Source: Eledone cirrhosa (lineage: Eukaryota). From it: DNA of 64,000 nt. The stretch lies in NCBI GenBank assembly GCA_964016885.1, contig OZ024741.1:415090001-415154000 (forward strand), given 5' to 3'. The notes under the pieces are model-generated. The model was not told where the DNA came from. It saw only the letters and a program-made list of their open reading frames with translations, and ran no database searches. Below are positions 25,650 through 39,400 of the stretch, in pieces. The position numbers were made by a program, and so were the translations under genes. Numbering within the stretch: position 1 is the first letter of the stretch; each line of letters begins with the position of its first letter.

Positions 25650-28600
25650 TCTGCCCAGAATTCCCTCACTTCTTTCTGTTCAAACCAGCTGTATCTGCCC
25701 AGAATTCCCTCACCTCTTTCTGTTCAAACCAGCTGTATCTGGCCAGAATTCCCTCACCTCTTTCTGTTCAAATCATCTGTATCTGCCCAGAATTCTCTGA
25801 CTTCTTTCTGTTCAAACCAGCGATATCTGCCCAGAATTCCCTCACCTCTTTCTGTTCAAACCAGCTGTATCTGACCAGAATTCTCTCACTTCATTCTGTT
25901 CAAACCAGCTGTATCTGACCAGAATTCTCTCACCTCTTTCTGTTCAAACCAGCTGTATCTAACCAGAATTCTCTCACCTCTTTCTTTTTAAACCAGCTGT
26001 ATCTGCCCAGAATTCTCTCACCTGTTTCTGTTCAAATCAGCTGCATCTGGTCAGAATTCTCTCACTTCTTTCTGTTTAAACCAGCTGTATCTGGTCAGAA
26101 TTCCCTCACTTCTTTCTGTTCGAACCAGTTGTATCTGCCCAGAATTCCCTCACCTCTTTCTGTTCAAACCAGCTGTATCTGGCCAGAATTCCCTCACCTC
26201 TTTCCGTTCAAATCATCTGTATCTGCCCAGAATTCTCTCACTTCTTTCTGTTCAAACCAGCTGTATCTGACCAGAATTCTCTCACTTCATTCTGTTCAAA
26301 CCAGCTGTATCTGACCAGAATTCTCTCACCTCTTTCTGTTCAAACCAGCTGTATCTGCCCAGAATTCCCTCACTTCTTTCTGTTCAAACCAGCTGTATCT
26401 GCCCAGAAATCCCTCACCTCTTTCTGTTCAAACCAGCTGTATCTGCCCAGAATTCTCTCACCTCATTCTGTTCAAACCAGCTGTATCTGCCCAGAATTCC
26501 CTCACCTCTTTCTTTTCAAACCAGCTGTATCTGACCAGAATTCTCTCACTTCTTTCTGTTAAAACCAGCTGTATCTGGCCAGAATTCTCTCACTTCTTTC
26601 TGTTCAAACCAGCTGTATCTGACCAGAATTCTCTCACCTCTTTCTGTTCAAACCAGCTGTATCTGCCCAGAATTCTCTCACCTCTTTCTATTCAAACCAG
26701 CTGTATCTGACCAGAATTCTCTCACCTCTTTCTGTTCAAACCAGCTGTATCTGGCCAGAATTCTCTCACCTCTTTCTGTTCAAACCAGCCGTATCTGCCC
26801 AGAATTCCCTCACCCCATTCTGTTCAAACCATCTGTATCTGACCAGAATTCCCTCTCCTCTTTCTGTTTAAACCATCTGTATCTGCCCAGAATTCTGTCA
26901 CTTCTTTCTGTTCAAACCAGCTGTATCTGCCCAGAATTCCCTCACCTCTTTCTGTTTACACCTTCTGTATATGCCCAGAATTTTCTCACCTCTTTCTGTT
27001 CAAAGCAGCTGTATCTGCCCAGAATTCCCTCACTTCTTTCTGTTGAAACCAGCTGTATCTGCCCAGAATTCCGTCACCTCTTTCTGTTCAAACCAGCTGT
27101 ATCTGGCCAGAATTCCCTCACCTCTTTCTGTTCAAATCATCTGTATCTGCCCAGAATTCTCTCACTTCTTTCTGTTCAAACCAGCGATATCTGCCCAGAA
27201 TTCCCTCACCTCTTTCTGTTCAAACCAGCTGTATCTGACCAGAATTCTCTCACTTCATTCTGTTCAAACCAGCTGTATCTGACCAGAATTCTCTCACCTC
27301 TTTCTGTTCAAACCAGCTGTATCTGACCAGAATTCTCTCACCTCTTTCTTTTCAAACCAGCTGTATCTGCCCAGAATTCTCTCACCTGTTTCTGTTCAAA
27401 TCAGCTGCATCTGGTCAGAATTCTCTCACTTCTTTCTGTTTAAACCAGCTGTATCTGGTCAGAATTCTCTCACTTCTTTCTGTTCAAACCAGCTGTATCT
27501 GACCAGAATTCCCTCACCTCTTTCTGTTCAAACCAGCTGTTTCTGCCCAGAATTCCCTCACTTCTTTCTGTTCAAACCAGCTGTATCTGCCCAGAATTCC
27601 CTCACCTCTTTCTGTTCACAACAGCTGTATCTGCCCAGAATTCCCTCACTTCTTTCTGTTCAAACCAGCTGTATCTGCCCAGAATTCTCTCACCTGTTTA
27701 TGTTCAAACCAGCTGTATCTGGTCAGAATTCTCTCAATTCTTTCTGTTTAAACCAGCTGTATCTGGCCAGAATTCTCTCAATTTATTTCTGTTCACACCA
27801 GCTGTATCTGACCAGAATTCCCTCACCTCTTTCTGTTCAAACCAGCTGTATCTGACCAGAATTCTCTCACTTCTTTCTGTTCAAACCAGCTGTATCTGCC
27901 CAGAATTCCCTCACCTCTTTCTGTTCAAACCAGCCGTATCTGCCCAGAATTCTCTTACCTCTTTCTGTTCAAACCAGCTGTATCTGCCCAGAATTCCCTC
28001 ACCTCTTTCTGTTCAAACCAGCTGTATCTGACCAGAATACTCTCACCTGTTTCTGTTCAAACCAGCTTTATCTGGCCAGAATTTTCTCACTTCTTTCTGT
28101 TCAAACCAGCTGTGTCTGACCAGAATTCTCTCACTTCTTTCTGTTCAAACCATCTGTATCTGACCAGAATTCCCTCTCCTCTTTCTGTTTAAACCATCTG
28201 TATCTGCCCAGAATTCTGTCACTTCTTTCTGTTCAAACCAGCTGTATCTGACCAGAATTCTCTCACTTCATTCTGTTCAACCCAGCTGTATCTGACCAGA
28301 ATTCTCTCACCTCTTTCTGTTCAAACCAGCTGTATCTGCCGAGAATTTCCTCACTTATTTCTGTTCAAACCAGCTGTATCTGCCCAGAAATCCCTCACCT
28401 CTTTCTGTTTAAACCAGCTGTATCTGACCAGCATTCCCTCACCTCTTTCTGTTCAAACCAGCTGTATCTGGCCAGAATTCTCTTACCTCTTTCTGTTCAA
28501 ACCAGCTGTATCTGCCCAGAATTCCCTCACTTCTTTCTGTTCAAACCAGCTGTATCTGCCCAGAATTCCCTCACCTCTTTCTGTTCAAACCAGCTGTATC

Positions 28601-31600
28601 TGGCCAGAATTCCCTCACCTCTTTCCGTTCAAATCATCTGTATCTGCCCAGAATTCTCTCACTTCTTTCTGTTCAAACCAGCTGTATCTGACCAGAATTC
28701 CCTCACCTCTTTCTGTTTACACCTTCTGTATATGCCCAGAATTTTCTCACCTCTTTCTGTTCAAAGCAGCTGTATCTGCCCAGAATTCCCTCACTTCTTT
28801 CTGTTCAAACCAGCTGTATCTGCCCAGAATTCCCTCACCTCTTTCTGTTCAAACCAGCTGTATCTGGCCAGAATTCCCTCACCTCTTTCTGTTCAAATCA
28901 TCTGTATCTGCCCAGAATTCTCTCACTTCTTTCTGTTCAAACCAGCGATATCTGCCCAGAATTCCCTCACCTCTTTCTGTTCAAACCAGCTGTATCTGAC
29001 CAGAATTCTCTCACTTCATTCTGTTCAAACCAGCTGTATCTGACCAGAATTCTCTCACCTCTTTCTGTTCAAACCAGCTGTATCTAACCAGAATTCTCTC
29101 ACCTCTTTCTTTTCAAACCAGCTGTATCTGCCCAGAATTCTCTCACCTGTTTCTGTTCAAATCAGCTGCATCTGGTCAGAATTCTCTCACTTCTTTCTGT
29201 TTAAACCAGCTGTATCTGGTCAGAATTCCCTCACTTCTTTCTGTTCAAACCAGTTGTATCTGCCCAGAATTCCCTCACCTCTTTCTGTTCAAACCAGCTG
29301 TATCTGGCCAGAATTCCCTCACCTCTTTCCGTTCAAATCATCTGTATCTGCCCAGAATTCTCTCACTTCTTTCTGTTCAAACCAGCTGTATCTGACCAGA
29401 ATTCTCTCACTTCATTCTGTTCAAACCAGCTGTATCTGACCAGAATTCTCTCACCTCTTTCTGTTCAAACCAGCTGTATCTGCCCAGAATTCCCTCACTT
29501 CTTTCTGTTCAAACCAGCTGTATCTGCCCAGAAATCCCTCACCTCTTTCTGTTCAAACCAGCTGTATCTGCCCAGAATTCTCTCACCTCATTCTGTTCAA
29601 ACCAGCTGTATCTGCCCAGAATTCCCTCACCTCTTTCTTTTCAAACCAGCTGTATCTGACCAGAATTCTCTCACTTCTTTCTGTTAAAACCAGCTGTATC
29701 TGGCCAGAATTCTCTCACTTCTTTCTGTTCAAACCAGCTGTATCTGACCAGAATTCTCTCACCTCTGTCTGTTCAAACCAGCTGTATCTGCCCAGAATTC
29801 TCTCACCTCTTTCTATTCAAACCAGCTGTATCTGGCCAGAATTCTCTCACCTCTTTCTGTTCAAACCAGCCGTATCTGCCCAGAATTCCCTCACCCCATT
29901 CTGTTCAAACCATCTGTATCTGACCAGAATTCCCTCTCCTCTTTCTGTTTAAACCATCTGTATCTGCCCAGAATTCTGTCACTTCTTTCTGTTCAAACCA
30001 GCTGTATCTGCCCAGAATTCCCTCACCTCTTTCTGTTTACACCTTCTGTATATGCCCAGAATTTTCTCACCTCTTTCTGTTCAAAGCAGCTGTATCTGCC
30101 CAGAATTCCCTCACTTCTTTCTGTTGAAACCAGCTGTATCTGCCCAGAATTCCGTCACCTCTTTCTGTTCAAACCAGCTGTATCTGGCCAGAATTCCCTC
30201 ACCTCTTTCTGTTCAAATCATCTGTATCTGCCCAGAATTCTCTCACTTCTTTCTGTTCAAACCAGCGATATCTGCCCAGAATTCCCTCACCTCTTTCTGT
30301 TCAAACCAGCTGTATCTGACCAGAATTCTCTCACTTCATTCTGTTCAAACCAGCTGTATCTGACCAGAATTCTCTCACCTCTTTCTGTTCAAACCAGCTG
30401 TATCTGACCAGAATTCTCTCACCTCTTTCTTTTCAAACCAGCTGTATCTGCCCAGAATTCTCTCACCTGTTTCTGTTCAAATCAGCTGCATCTGGTCAGA
30501 ATTCTCTCACTTCTTTCTGTTTAAACCAGCTGTATCTGGTCAGAATTCTCTCACTTCTTTCTGTTCAAACCAGCTGTATCTGACCAGAATTCCCTCACCT
30601 CTTTCTGTTCAAACCAGCTGTTTCTGCCCAGAATTCCCTCACTTCTTTCTGTTCAAACCAGCTGTATCTGCCCAGAATTCCCTCACCTCTTTCTGTTCAC
30701 AACAGCTGTATCTGCCCAGAATTCCCTCACTTCTTTCTGTTCAAACCAGCTGTATCTGCCCAGAATTCTCTCACCTGTTTATGTTCAAACCAGCTGTATC
30801 TGGTCAGAATTCTCTCAATTCTTTCTGTTTAAACCAGCTGTATCTGGCCAGAATTCTCTCAATTTATTTCTGTTCACACCAGCTGTATCTGACCAGAATT
30901 CCCTCACCTCTTTCTGTTCAAACCAGCTGTATCTGACCAGAATTCTCTCACTTCTTTCTGTTCAAACCAGCTGTATCTGCCCAGAATTCCCTCACCTCTT
31001 TCTGTTCAAACCAGCCGTATCTGCCCAGAATTCTCTTACCTCTTTCTGTTCAAACCAGCTGTATCTGCCCAGAATTCCCTCACCTCTTTCTGTTCAAACC
31101 AGCTGTATCTGACCAGAATACTCTCACCTGTTTCTGTTCAAACCAGCTTTATCTGGCCAGAATTTTCTCACTTCTTTCTGTTCAAACCAGCTGTGTCTGA
31201 CCAGAATTCTCTCACTTCTTTCTGTTCAAACCATCTGTATCTGACCAGAATTCCCTCTCCTCTTTCTGTTTAAACCATCTGTATCTGCCCAGAATTCTGT
31301 CACTTCTTTCTGTTCAAACCAGCTGTATCTGACCAGAATTCTCTCACTTCATTCTGTTCAACCCAGCTGTATCTGACCAGAATTCTCTCACCTCTTTCTG
31401 TTCAAACCAGCTGTATCTGCCGAGAATTTCCTCACTTATTTCTGTTCAAACCAGCTGTATCTGCCCAGAAATCCCTCACCTCTTTCTGTTTAAACCAGCT
31501 GTATCTGACCAGCATTCCCTCACCTCTTTCTGTTCAAACCAGCTGTATCTGGCCAGAATTCTCTTACCTCTTTCTGTTCAAACCAGCTGTATCTGCCCAG

Positions 31601-34540
31601 AATTCCCTGACTTCTTTCTGTTCAAACCAGCTGTATCTGCCCAGAATTCCCTCACCTCTTTCTGTTCAAACCAGCTGTATCTGGCCAGAATTCCCTCACC
31701 TCTTTCCGTTCAAATCATCTGTATCTGCCCAGAATTCTCTCACTTCTTTCTGTTCAAACCAGCTGTATCTGACCAGAATTCCCTCACCTCTTTCTGTTTA
31801 CACCTTCTGTATATGCCCAGAATTTTCTCACCTCTTTCTGTTCAAAGCAGCTGTATCTGCCCAGAATTCCCTCACTTCTTTCTGTTCAAACCAGCTGTAT
31901 CTGCCCAGAATTCCCTCACCTCTTTCTGTTCAAACCAGCTGTATCTGGCCAGAATTCCCTCACCTCTTTCTGTTCAAATCATCTGTATCTGCCCAGAATT
32001 CTCTCACTTCTTTCTGTTCAAACCAGCGATATCTGCCTAGAATTCCCTCACCTCTTTCTGTTCAAACCAGCTGTATCTGACCAGAATTCTCTCACTTCAT
32101 TCTGTTCAAACCAGCTGTATCTGACCAGAATTCTCTCACCTCTTTCTGTTCAAACCAGCTGTATCTAACCAGAATTCTCTCACCTCTTTCTTTTCAAACC
32201 AGCTGTATCTGCCCAGAATTCTCTCACCTGTTTCTGTTCAAATCAGCTGCATCTGGTCAGAATTCTCTCACTTCTTTCTGTTTAAACCAGCTGTATCTGG
32301 TCAGAATTCCCTCACTTCTTTCTGTTCAAACCAGTTGTATCTGCCCAGAATTCCCTCACCTCTTTCTGTTCAAACCAGCTGTATCTGGCCAGAATTCCCT
32401 CACCTCTTTCCGTTCAAATCATCTGTATCTGCCCAGAATTCTCTCACTTCTTTCTGTTCAAACCAGCTGTATCTGACCAGAATTCTCTCACCTCTTTCTG
32501 TTCAAACCAGCTGTATCTGCCCAGAATTCCCTCACTTCTTTCTGTTCAAACCAGCTGTATCTGCCCAGAAATCCCTCACCTCTTTCTGTTCAAACCAGCT
32601 GTATCTGCCCAGAATTCTCTCACCTCATTCTGTTCAAACCAGCTGTATCTGCCCAGAATTCCCTCACCTCTTTCTTTTCAAACCAGCTGTATCTGACCAG
32701 AATTCTCTCACTTCTTTCTGTTAAAACCAGCTGTATCTGGCCAGAATTCTCTCACTTCTTTCTGTTCAAACCAGCTGTATCTGACCAGAATTCTCTCACC
32801 TCTGTCTGTTCAAACCAGCTGTATCTGCCCAGAATTCTCTCACCTCTTTCTATTCAAACCAGCTGTATCTGGCCAGAATTCTCTCACTTCTTTCTGATTA
32901 AACCAGCTGTATCTGGCCAGAATTCTCTCACCTCTTTCTGTTCAAACCAGCCGTATCTGCCCAGAATTCCCTCACCCCATTCTGTTCAAACCATCTGTAT
33001 CTGACCAGAATTCCCTCTCCTCTTTCTGTTTAAACCATCTGTATCTGCCCAGAATTCTGTCACTTCTTTCTGTTCAAACCAGCTGTATCTGCCCAGAATT
33101 CCCTCACCTCTTTCTGTTTACACCTTCTGTATATGCCCAGAATTTTCTCACCTCTTTCTGTTCAAAGCAGCTGTATCTGCCCAGAATTCCCTCACTTCTT
33201 TCTGTTGAAACCAGCTGTATCTGCCCAGAATTCCCTCACCTCTTTCTGTTCAAACCAGCTGTATCTGGCCAGAATTCCCTCACCTCTTTCTGTTCAAATC
33301 ATCTGTATCTGCCCAGAATTCTCTCACTTCTTTCTGTTCAAACCAGCGATATCTGCCCAGAATTCCCTCACCTCTTTCTGTTCAAACCAGCTGTATCTGA
33401 CCAGAATTCTCTCACTTCATTCTGTTCAAACCAGCTGTATCTGACCAGAATTCTCTCACCTCTTTCTGTTCAAACCAGCTGTATCTGACCAGAATTCTCT
33501 CACCTCTTTCTTTTCAAACCAGCTGTATCTGCCCAGAATTCTCTCACCTGTTTCTGTTCAAATCAGCTGCATCTGGTCAGAATTCTCTCACTTCTTTCTG
33601 TTTAAACCAGCTGTATCTGGTCAGAATTCTCTCACTTCTTTCTGTTCAAACCAGCTGTATCTGACCAGAATTCCCTCACCTCTTTCTGTTCAAACCAGCT
33701 GTTTCTGCCCAGAATTCCCTCACTTCTTTCTGTTCAAACCAGCTGTATCTGCCCAGAATTCCCTCACCTCTTTCTGTTCACAACAGCTGTATCTGCCCAG
33801 AATTCCCTCACTTCTTTCTGTTCAAACCAGCTGTATCTGCCCAGAATTCTCTCACCTGTTTATGTTCAAACCAGCTGTATCTGGTCAGAATTCTCTCAAT
33901 TCTTTCTGTTTAAACCAGCTGTATCTGGCCAGAATTCTGTCAATTTATTTCTGTTCACACCAGCTGTATCTGACCAGAATTCCCTCACCTCTTTCTGTTC
34001 AAACCAGCTGTATCTGACCAGAATTCTCTCACTTCTTTCTGTTCAAACCAGCTGTATCTGCCCAGAATTCCCTCACCTCTTTCTGTTCAAACCAGCCGTA
34101 TCTGCCCAGAATTCTCTTACCTCTTTCTGTTCAAACCAGCTGTATCTGCCCAGAATTCCCTCACCTCTTTCTGTTCAAACCAGCTGTATCTGACCAGAAT
34201 ACTCTCACCTGTTTCTGTTCAAACCAGCTTTATCTGGCCAGAATTTTCTCACTTCTTTCTGTTCAAACCAGCTGTGTCTGACCAGAATTCTCTCACTTCT
34301 TTCTGTTCAAACCATCTGTATCTGACCAGAATTCCCTCTCCTCTTTCTGTTTAAACCATCTGTATCTGCCCAGAATTCTGTCACTTCTTTCTATTCAAAC
34401 CAGCTGTATCTGACCAGAATTCTCTCACTTCATTCTGTTCAACCCAGCTGTATCTGACCAGAATTCTCTCACCTCTTTCTGTTCAAACCAGCTGTATCTG
34501 CCCAGAATTTCCTCACTTATTTCTGTTCAAACCAGCTGTA
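25650..34540. repeat. About three tandem copies of a 70-monomer higher-order repeat (3081 bp)
   Basis: The 45-bp marker is at 27779/30860/33941 and ORFs at 26971/30052/33133. Private variants are 'caccccatt' (26811/29892/32973) and 'tctaacc' (25958/29083/32164). Confidence 0.9.
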
Positions 34541-36429
34541 TCTGACCAGAAATCCCTCACCTCTTTCTTTTCAAACCAGCTGTATCTGCCCAGAATTCTC
34601 TCACCTGTTTCTGTTCAAATCAGCTGCATCTGGTCAGAATTCTCTCACTTCTTTCTGTTTAAACCAGCTGTATCTGGTCAGAATTCTCTCACTTCTTTCT
34701 GTTCAAACCAGCTGTATCTGACCAGAATTCCCTCACCTCTTTCTGTTCAAACCAGCTGTTTCTGCCCAGAATTCCCTCACTTCTTTCTGTTCAAACCAGC
34801 TGTATCTGCCCAGAATTCCCTCACCTCTTTCTGTTCACAACAGCTGTATCTGCCCAGAATTCCCTCACTTCTTTCTGTTCAAACCAGCTGTATCTGCCCA
34901 GAATTCTCTCACCTGTTTATGTTCAAACCAGCTGTATCTGGTCAGAATTCTCTCAATTCTTTCTGTTTAAACCAGCTGTATCTGGCCAGAATTCTCTCAC
35001 TTTATTTCGGTTCACACCAGCTGTATCTGACCAGAATTCCCTCACCTCTTTCTGTTCAAACCAGCTGTATCTGACCAGAATTCTCTCACTTCTTTCTGTT
35101 CAAACCAGCTGTATCTGCCCAGAATTCCCTCACCTCTTTCTGTTCAAACCAGCCGTATCTGCCCAGAATTCTCTTACCTCTTTCTGTTCAAACCAGCTGT
35201 ATCTGCCCAGAATTCCCTCACCTCTTTCTGTTCAAACCAGCTGTATCTGACCAGAATACTCTCACCTGTTTCTGTTCAAACCAGCTTTATCTGGCCAGAA
35301 TTTTCTCACTTCTTTCTGTTCAAACCAGCTGTGTCTGACCAGAATTCTCTCACTTCTTTCTGTTCAAACCATCTGTATCTGACCAGAATTCCCTCTCCTC
35401 TTTCTGTTTAAACCATCTGTATCTGCCCAGAATTCTGTCACTTCTTTCTGTTCAAACCAGCTGTATCTGACCAGAATTCTCTCACTTCATTCTGTTCAAC
35501 CCAGCTGTATCTGACCAGAATTCTCTCACCTCTTTCTGTTCAAACCAGCTGTATCTGCCCAGAATTTCCTCACTTATTTCTGTTCAATCCAGCTGTATCT
35601 GCCCAGAAATCCCTCACCTCTTTCTGTTTAAACCAGCTGTATCTGACCAGCATTCCCTCACCTCTTTCTGTTCAAACCAGCTGTATCTGGCCAGAATTCT
35701 CTTACCTCTTTCTGTTCAAACCAGCTGTATCTGCCCAGAATTCCCTCACTTCTTTCTGTTCAAACCAGCTGTATCTGCCCAGAATTCCCTCACCTCTTTC
35801 TGTTCAAACCAGCTGTATCTGGCCAGAATTCCCTCACCTCTTTCCGTTCAAATCATCTGTATCTGCCCAGAATTCTCTCACTTCTTTCTGTTCAAACCAG
35901 CTGTATCTGACCAGAATTCCCTCACCTCTTTCTGTTTACACCTTCTGTATATGCCCAGAATTTTCTCACCTCTTTCTGTTCAAAGCAGCTGTATCTGCCC
36001 AGAATTCCCTCACTTCTTTCTGTTCAAACCAGCTGTATCTGCCCAGAATTCCCTCACCTCTTTCTGTTCAAACCAGCTGTATCTGGCCAGAATTCCCTCA
36101 CCTCTTTCTGTTCAAATCATCTGTATCTGCCCAGAATTCTCTCACTTCTTTCTGTTCAAACCAGCGATATCTGCCCAGAATTCCCTCACCTCTTTCTGTT
36201 CAAACCAGCTGTATCTGACCAGAATTCTCTCACTTCATTCTGTTCAAACCAGCTGTATCTGACCAGAATTCTCTCACCTCTTTCTGTTCAAACCAGCTGT
36301 ATCTGACCAGAATTCTCTCACTTCTTTCTGTTCAAACCAGCTGTATCTGCCCAGAATTCCCTCACCTCTTTCTGTTCAAACCAGCCGTATCTGCCCAGAA
36401 TTCTCTTACCTCTTTCTGTTCAAACCAGC

Positions 36430-39400
36430 TGTATCTGCCCAGAATTCCCTCACCTCTTTCTGTTCAAACCAGCTGTATCTGCCCAGAATTCTCTCACCTC
36501 ATTCTGTTCAAACCAGCTGTATCTGTCCAGAATTCCCTCACCTCTTTCTGTTCAAACCAGCCGTATCTGCCCAGAATTCCCTCACCTCTTTCTTTTCAAA
36601 CCAGCTGTATCTGACCACAATTCTCTCACTTCTTTCTGTTCAAACCAGCTGTATCTGGTCAGAATTCTCTCACTTATTTCCGTTTAAACCAGCTGTATCT
36701 GGCCAGATTTCTCTCACTTCTTTTTATTCAAACCAGCTGTATCTGCCCAGAATTCCTTCTCCTCTTTCTGTTCAAACCAGCTGTATCTGACCAGAATTCC
36801 CTCTCCTCTTTCTGTTTAAACCATCTGTATCTGCCCAGAATTCTGTCACTTCTTTCTGTTCAAACCAGCTGTATCTGCCCAGAATTCCCTCACCTCTTTC
36901 TGTTTAAACCTTCTGTATATGCCCAGAATGTTCTCACCTCTTTCTGTTCAAAGCAGCTGTATCTGCCCAGAATTCCCTCACTTCTTTCTGTTCAAACCAG
37001 CTGTATCTGACCAGAATTCTCTCACCTCTTTCTTTTCAAACCAGCTGTATCTGCCCAGAATTCTCTCACCTGTTTCTGTTCAAATCAGCTGCATCTGGTC
37101 AGAATTCTCTCACTTCTTTCTGTTTAAACCAGCTGTATCTGGTCAGAATTCTCTCACTTCTTTCTGTTCAAACCAGCTGTATCTGACCAGAATTCCCTCA
37201 CCTCTTTCTGTTTCAAACAGCTGTATCTGCCCAGAATTCTCTCACCTGTTTATGTTCAAACCAGCTGTATCTGGTCAGAATTCTCTCACTTCTTTCTGTT
37301 TAAACCAGCTGTATCTGGCCAGAATTCTCTCAATTTATTTCTGTTCACACCAGCTGTATCTGACCAGAATTCCCTCACCTCTTTCTGTTCAAACCAGCTG
37401 TATCTGACCAGAATTCTCTCACTTCTTTCTGTTCAAACCAGCTGTATCTGCCCAGAATTCCCTCACCTCTTTCTGTTCAAACCAGCCGTATCTGCCCAGA
37501 ATTCTCTTACCTCTTTCTGTTCAAACCAGCTGTATCTGCCCAGAATTCCCTCACCTCTTTCTGTTCAAACCAGCTGTATCTGACCAGAATTCTCTCACCT
37601 GTTTCTGTTCAAACCAGCTTTATCTGGCCAGAATTTTCTCACTTCTTTCTGTTCAAACCAGCTGTGTCTGACCAGAATTCTCTCACTTCTTTCTGTTCAA
37701 ACCATCTGTATCTGACCAGAATTCCCTCTCCTCTTTCTGTTTAAACCATCTGTATCTGCCCAGAATTCTGTCACTTCTTTCTGTTCAAACCAGCTGTATC
37801 TGACCAGAATTCTCTCACTTCATTCTGTTCAACCCAGCTGTATCTGACCAGAATTCTCTCACCTCTTTCTGTTCAAACCAGCTGTATCTGCCCAGAATTT
37901 CCTCACTTATTTCTGTTCAAACCAGCTGTATCTGCCCAGAAATCCCTCACCTCTTTCTGTTTAAACCAGCTGTATCTGGCCAGAATTCCCTCACTTCTTT
38001 CTGTTTAAACCTTCTGTATATGCCCACAATTTTCTCACCTCTTTCTGTTCAAACCAGCTGTATCTGACCAGAATTCTCTCACCTATTTCTGTTCAAACCA
38101 GCCATATCTGCCCAGAATTCCCTCACCTCTTTCTGTTCAAACCAGCTGTATCTGACCAGAATTCTCTCACTTCTTTCTTTTCAAACCAGCTGTATCTGCC
38201 CAGAATTCTCTCACCTCTTTCTGTTCAAACCAGCTGTGTCTGCCCAGAATTCCCTCACCTCTTTTTGTTCAAACCAGCTCTATCTGACCAGCATTCCCTC
38301 ACCTCTTTCTTTTCAAACCAGCTGTATCTGGCCAGAATTCTCTTACCTCTTTCTGTTCAAACCAGCTGTATCTGCCCAGAATTCCCTCACTTCTTTCTGT
38401 TCAAACCAGCTGTATCTGCCCAGAGTTCCCTCACCTCTTTCTGTTCAAACCAGCTCTATTAGACCAGCATTCCCTCACCTCTTTCTGTTCAAACCAGCTG
38501 TATCTGGCCAGAATTCCCTCACCTCTTTCTGTTTAAACCAGCTGTATCTGGCCAGAATTCTCTCACTTCTTTCTGTTCAAACCAGCTGTATCTGGTCAGA
38601 ATTCTCTCACTTATTTCCGTTTAAACCAGCTGTATCTGGCCAGATTTCTCTCACTTCTTTTTATTCAAACCAGCTGTATATGACCAGAATTCTCTCACTT
38701 CTTTCTGTTCAAACCAGCTGTATCTGCCCAGAATTCCTTCTCCTCTTTCTGTTCAAACCAGCTGTATCTGACCAGAATTCCCTCTCCTCTTTCTGTTTAA
38801 ACCATCTGTATCTGCCCAGAATTCTGTCACTTCTTTCTGTTCAAACCAGCTGTATCTGCCCAGAATTCCCTCACCTCTTTCTGTTTAAACCTTCTGTATA
38901 TGCCCAGAATGTTCTCACCTCTTTCTGTTCAAAGCAGCTGTATCTGCCCAGAATTCCCTCACTTCTTTCTGTTCAAACCAGCTGTATCTGCCCAGAATTC
39001 CCTCACCTCTTTCTGTTCAAACCAGCTGTATCTGGCCAGAATTCCCTCACCTCTTTCCGTTCAAATCATCTGTATCTGCCCAGAATTCTCTCACTTCTTT
39101 CTGTTCAAACCAGCTGTATCTGACCAGAATTCCCTCACCTCTTTCTGTTTACACCTTCTGTATATGCCCAGAATTTTCTCACCTCTTTCTGTTCAAACCA
39201 GCTGTATCTGGCCAGAATTCCCTCACCTCTTTCTGTTCAAATCATCTGTATCTGCCCAGAATTCTCTCACTTCTTTCTGTTCAAACCAGCGATATCTGCC
39301 CAGAATTCCCTCACCTCTTTCTGTTCAAACCAGCTGTATCTGACCAGAATTCTCTCACTTCATTCTGTTCAAACCAGCTGTATGTGACCAGAATTCTCTC

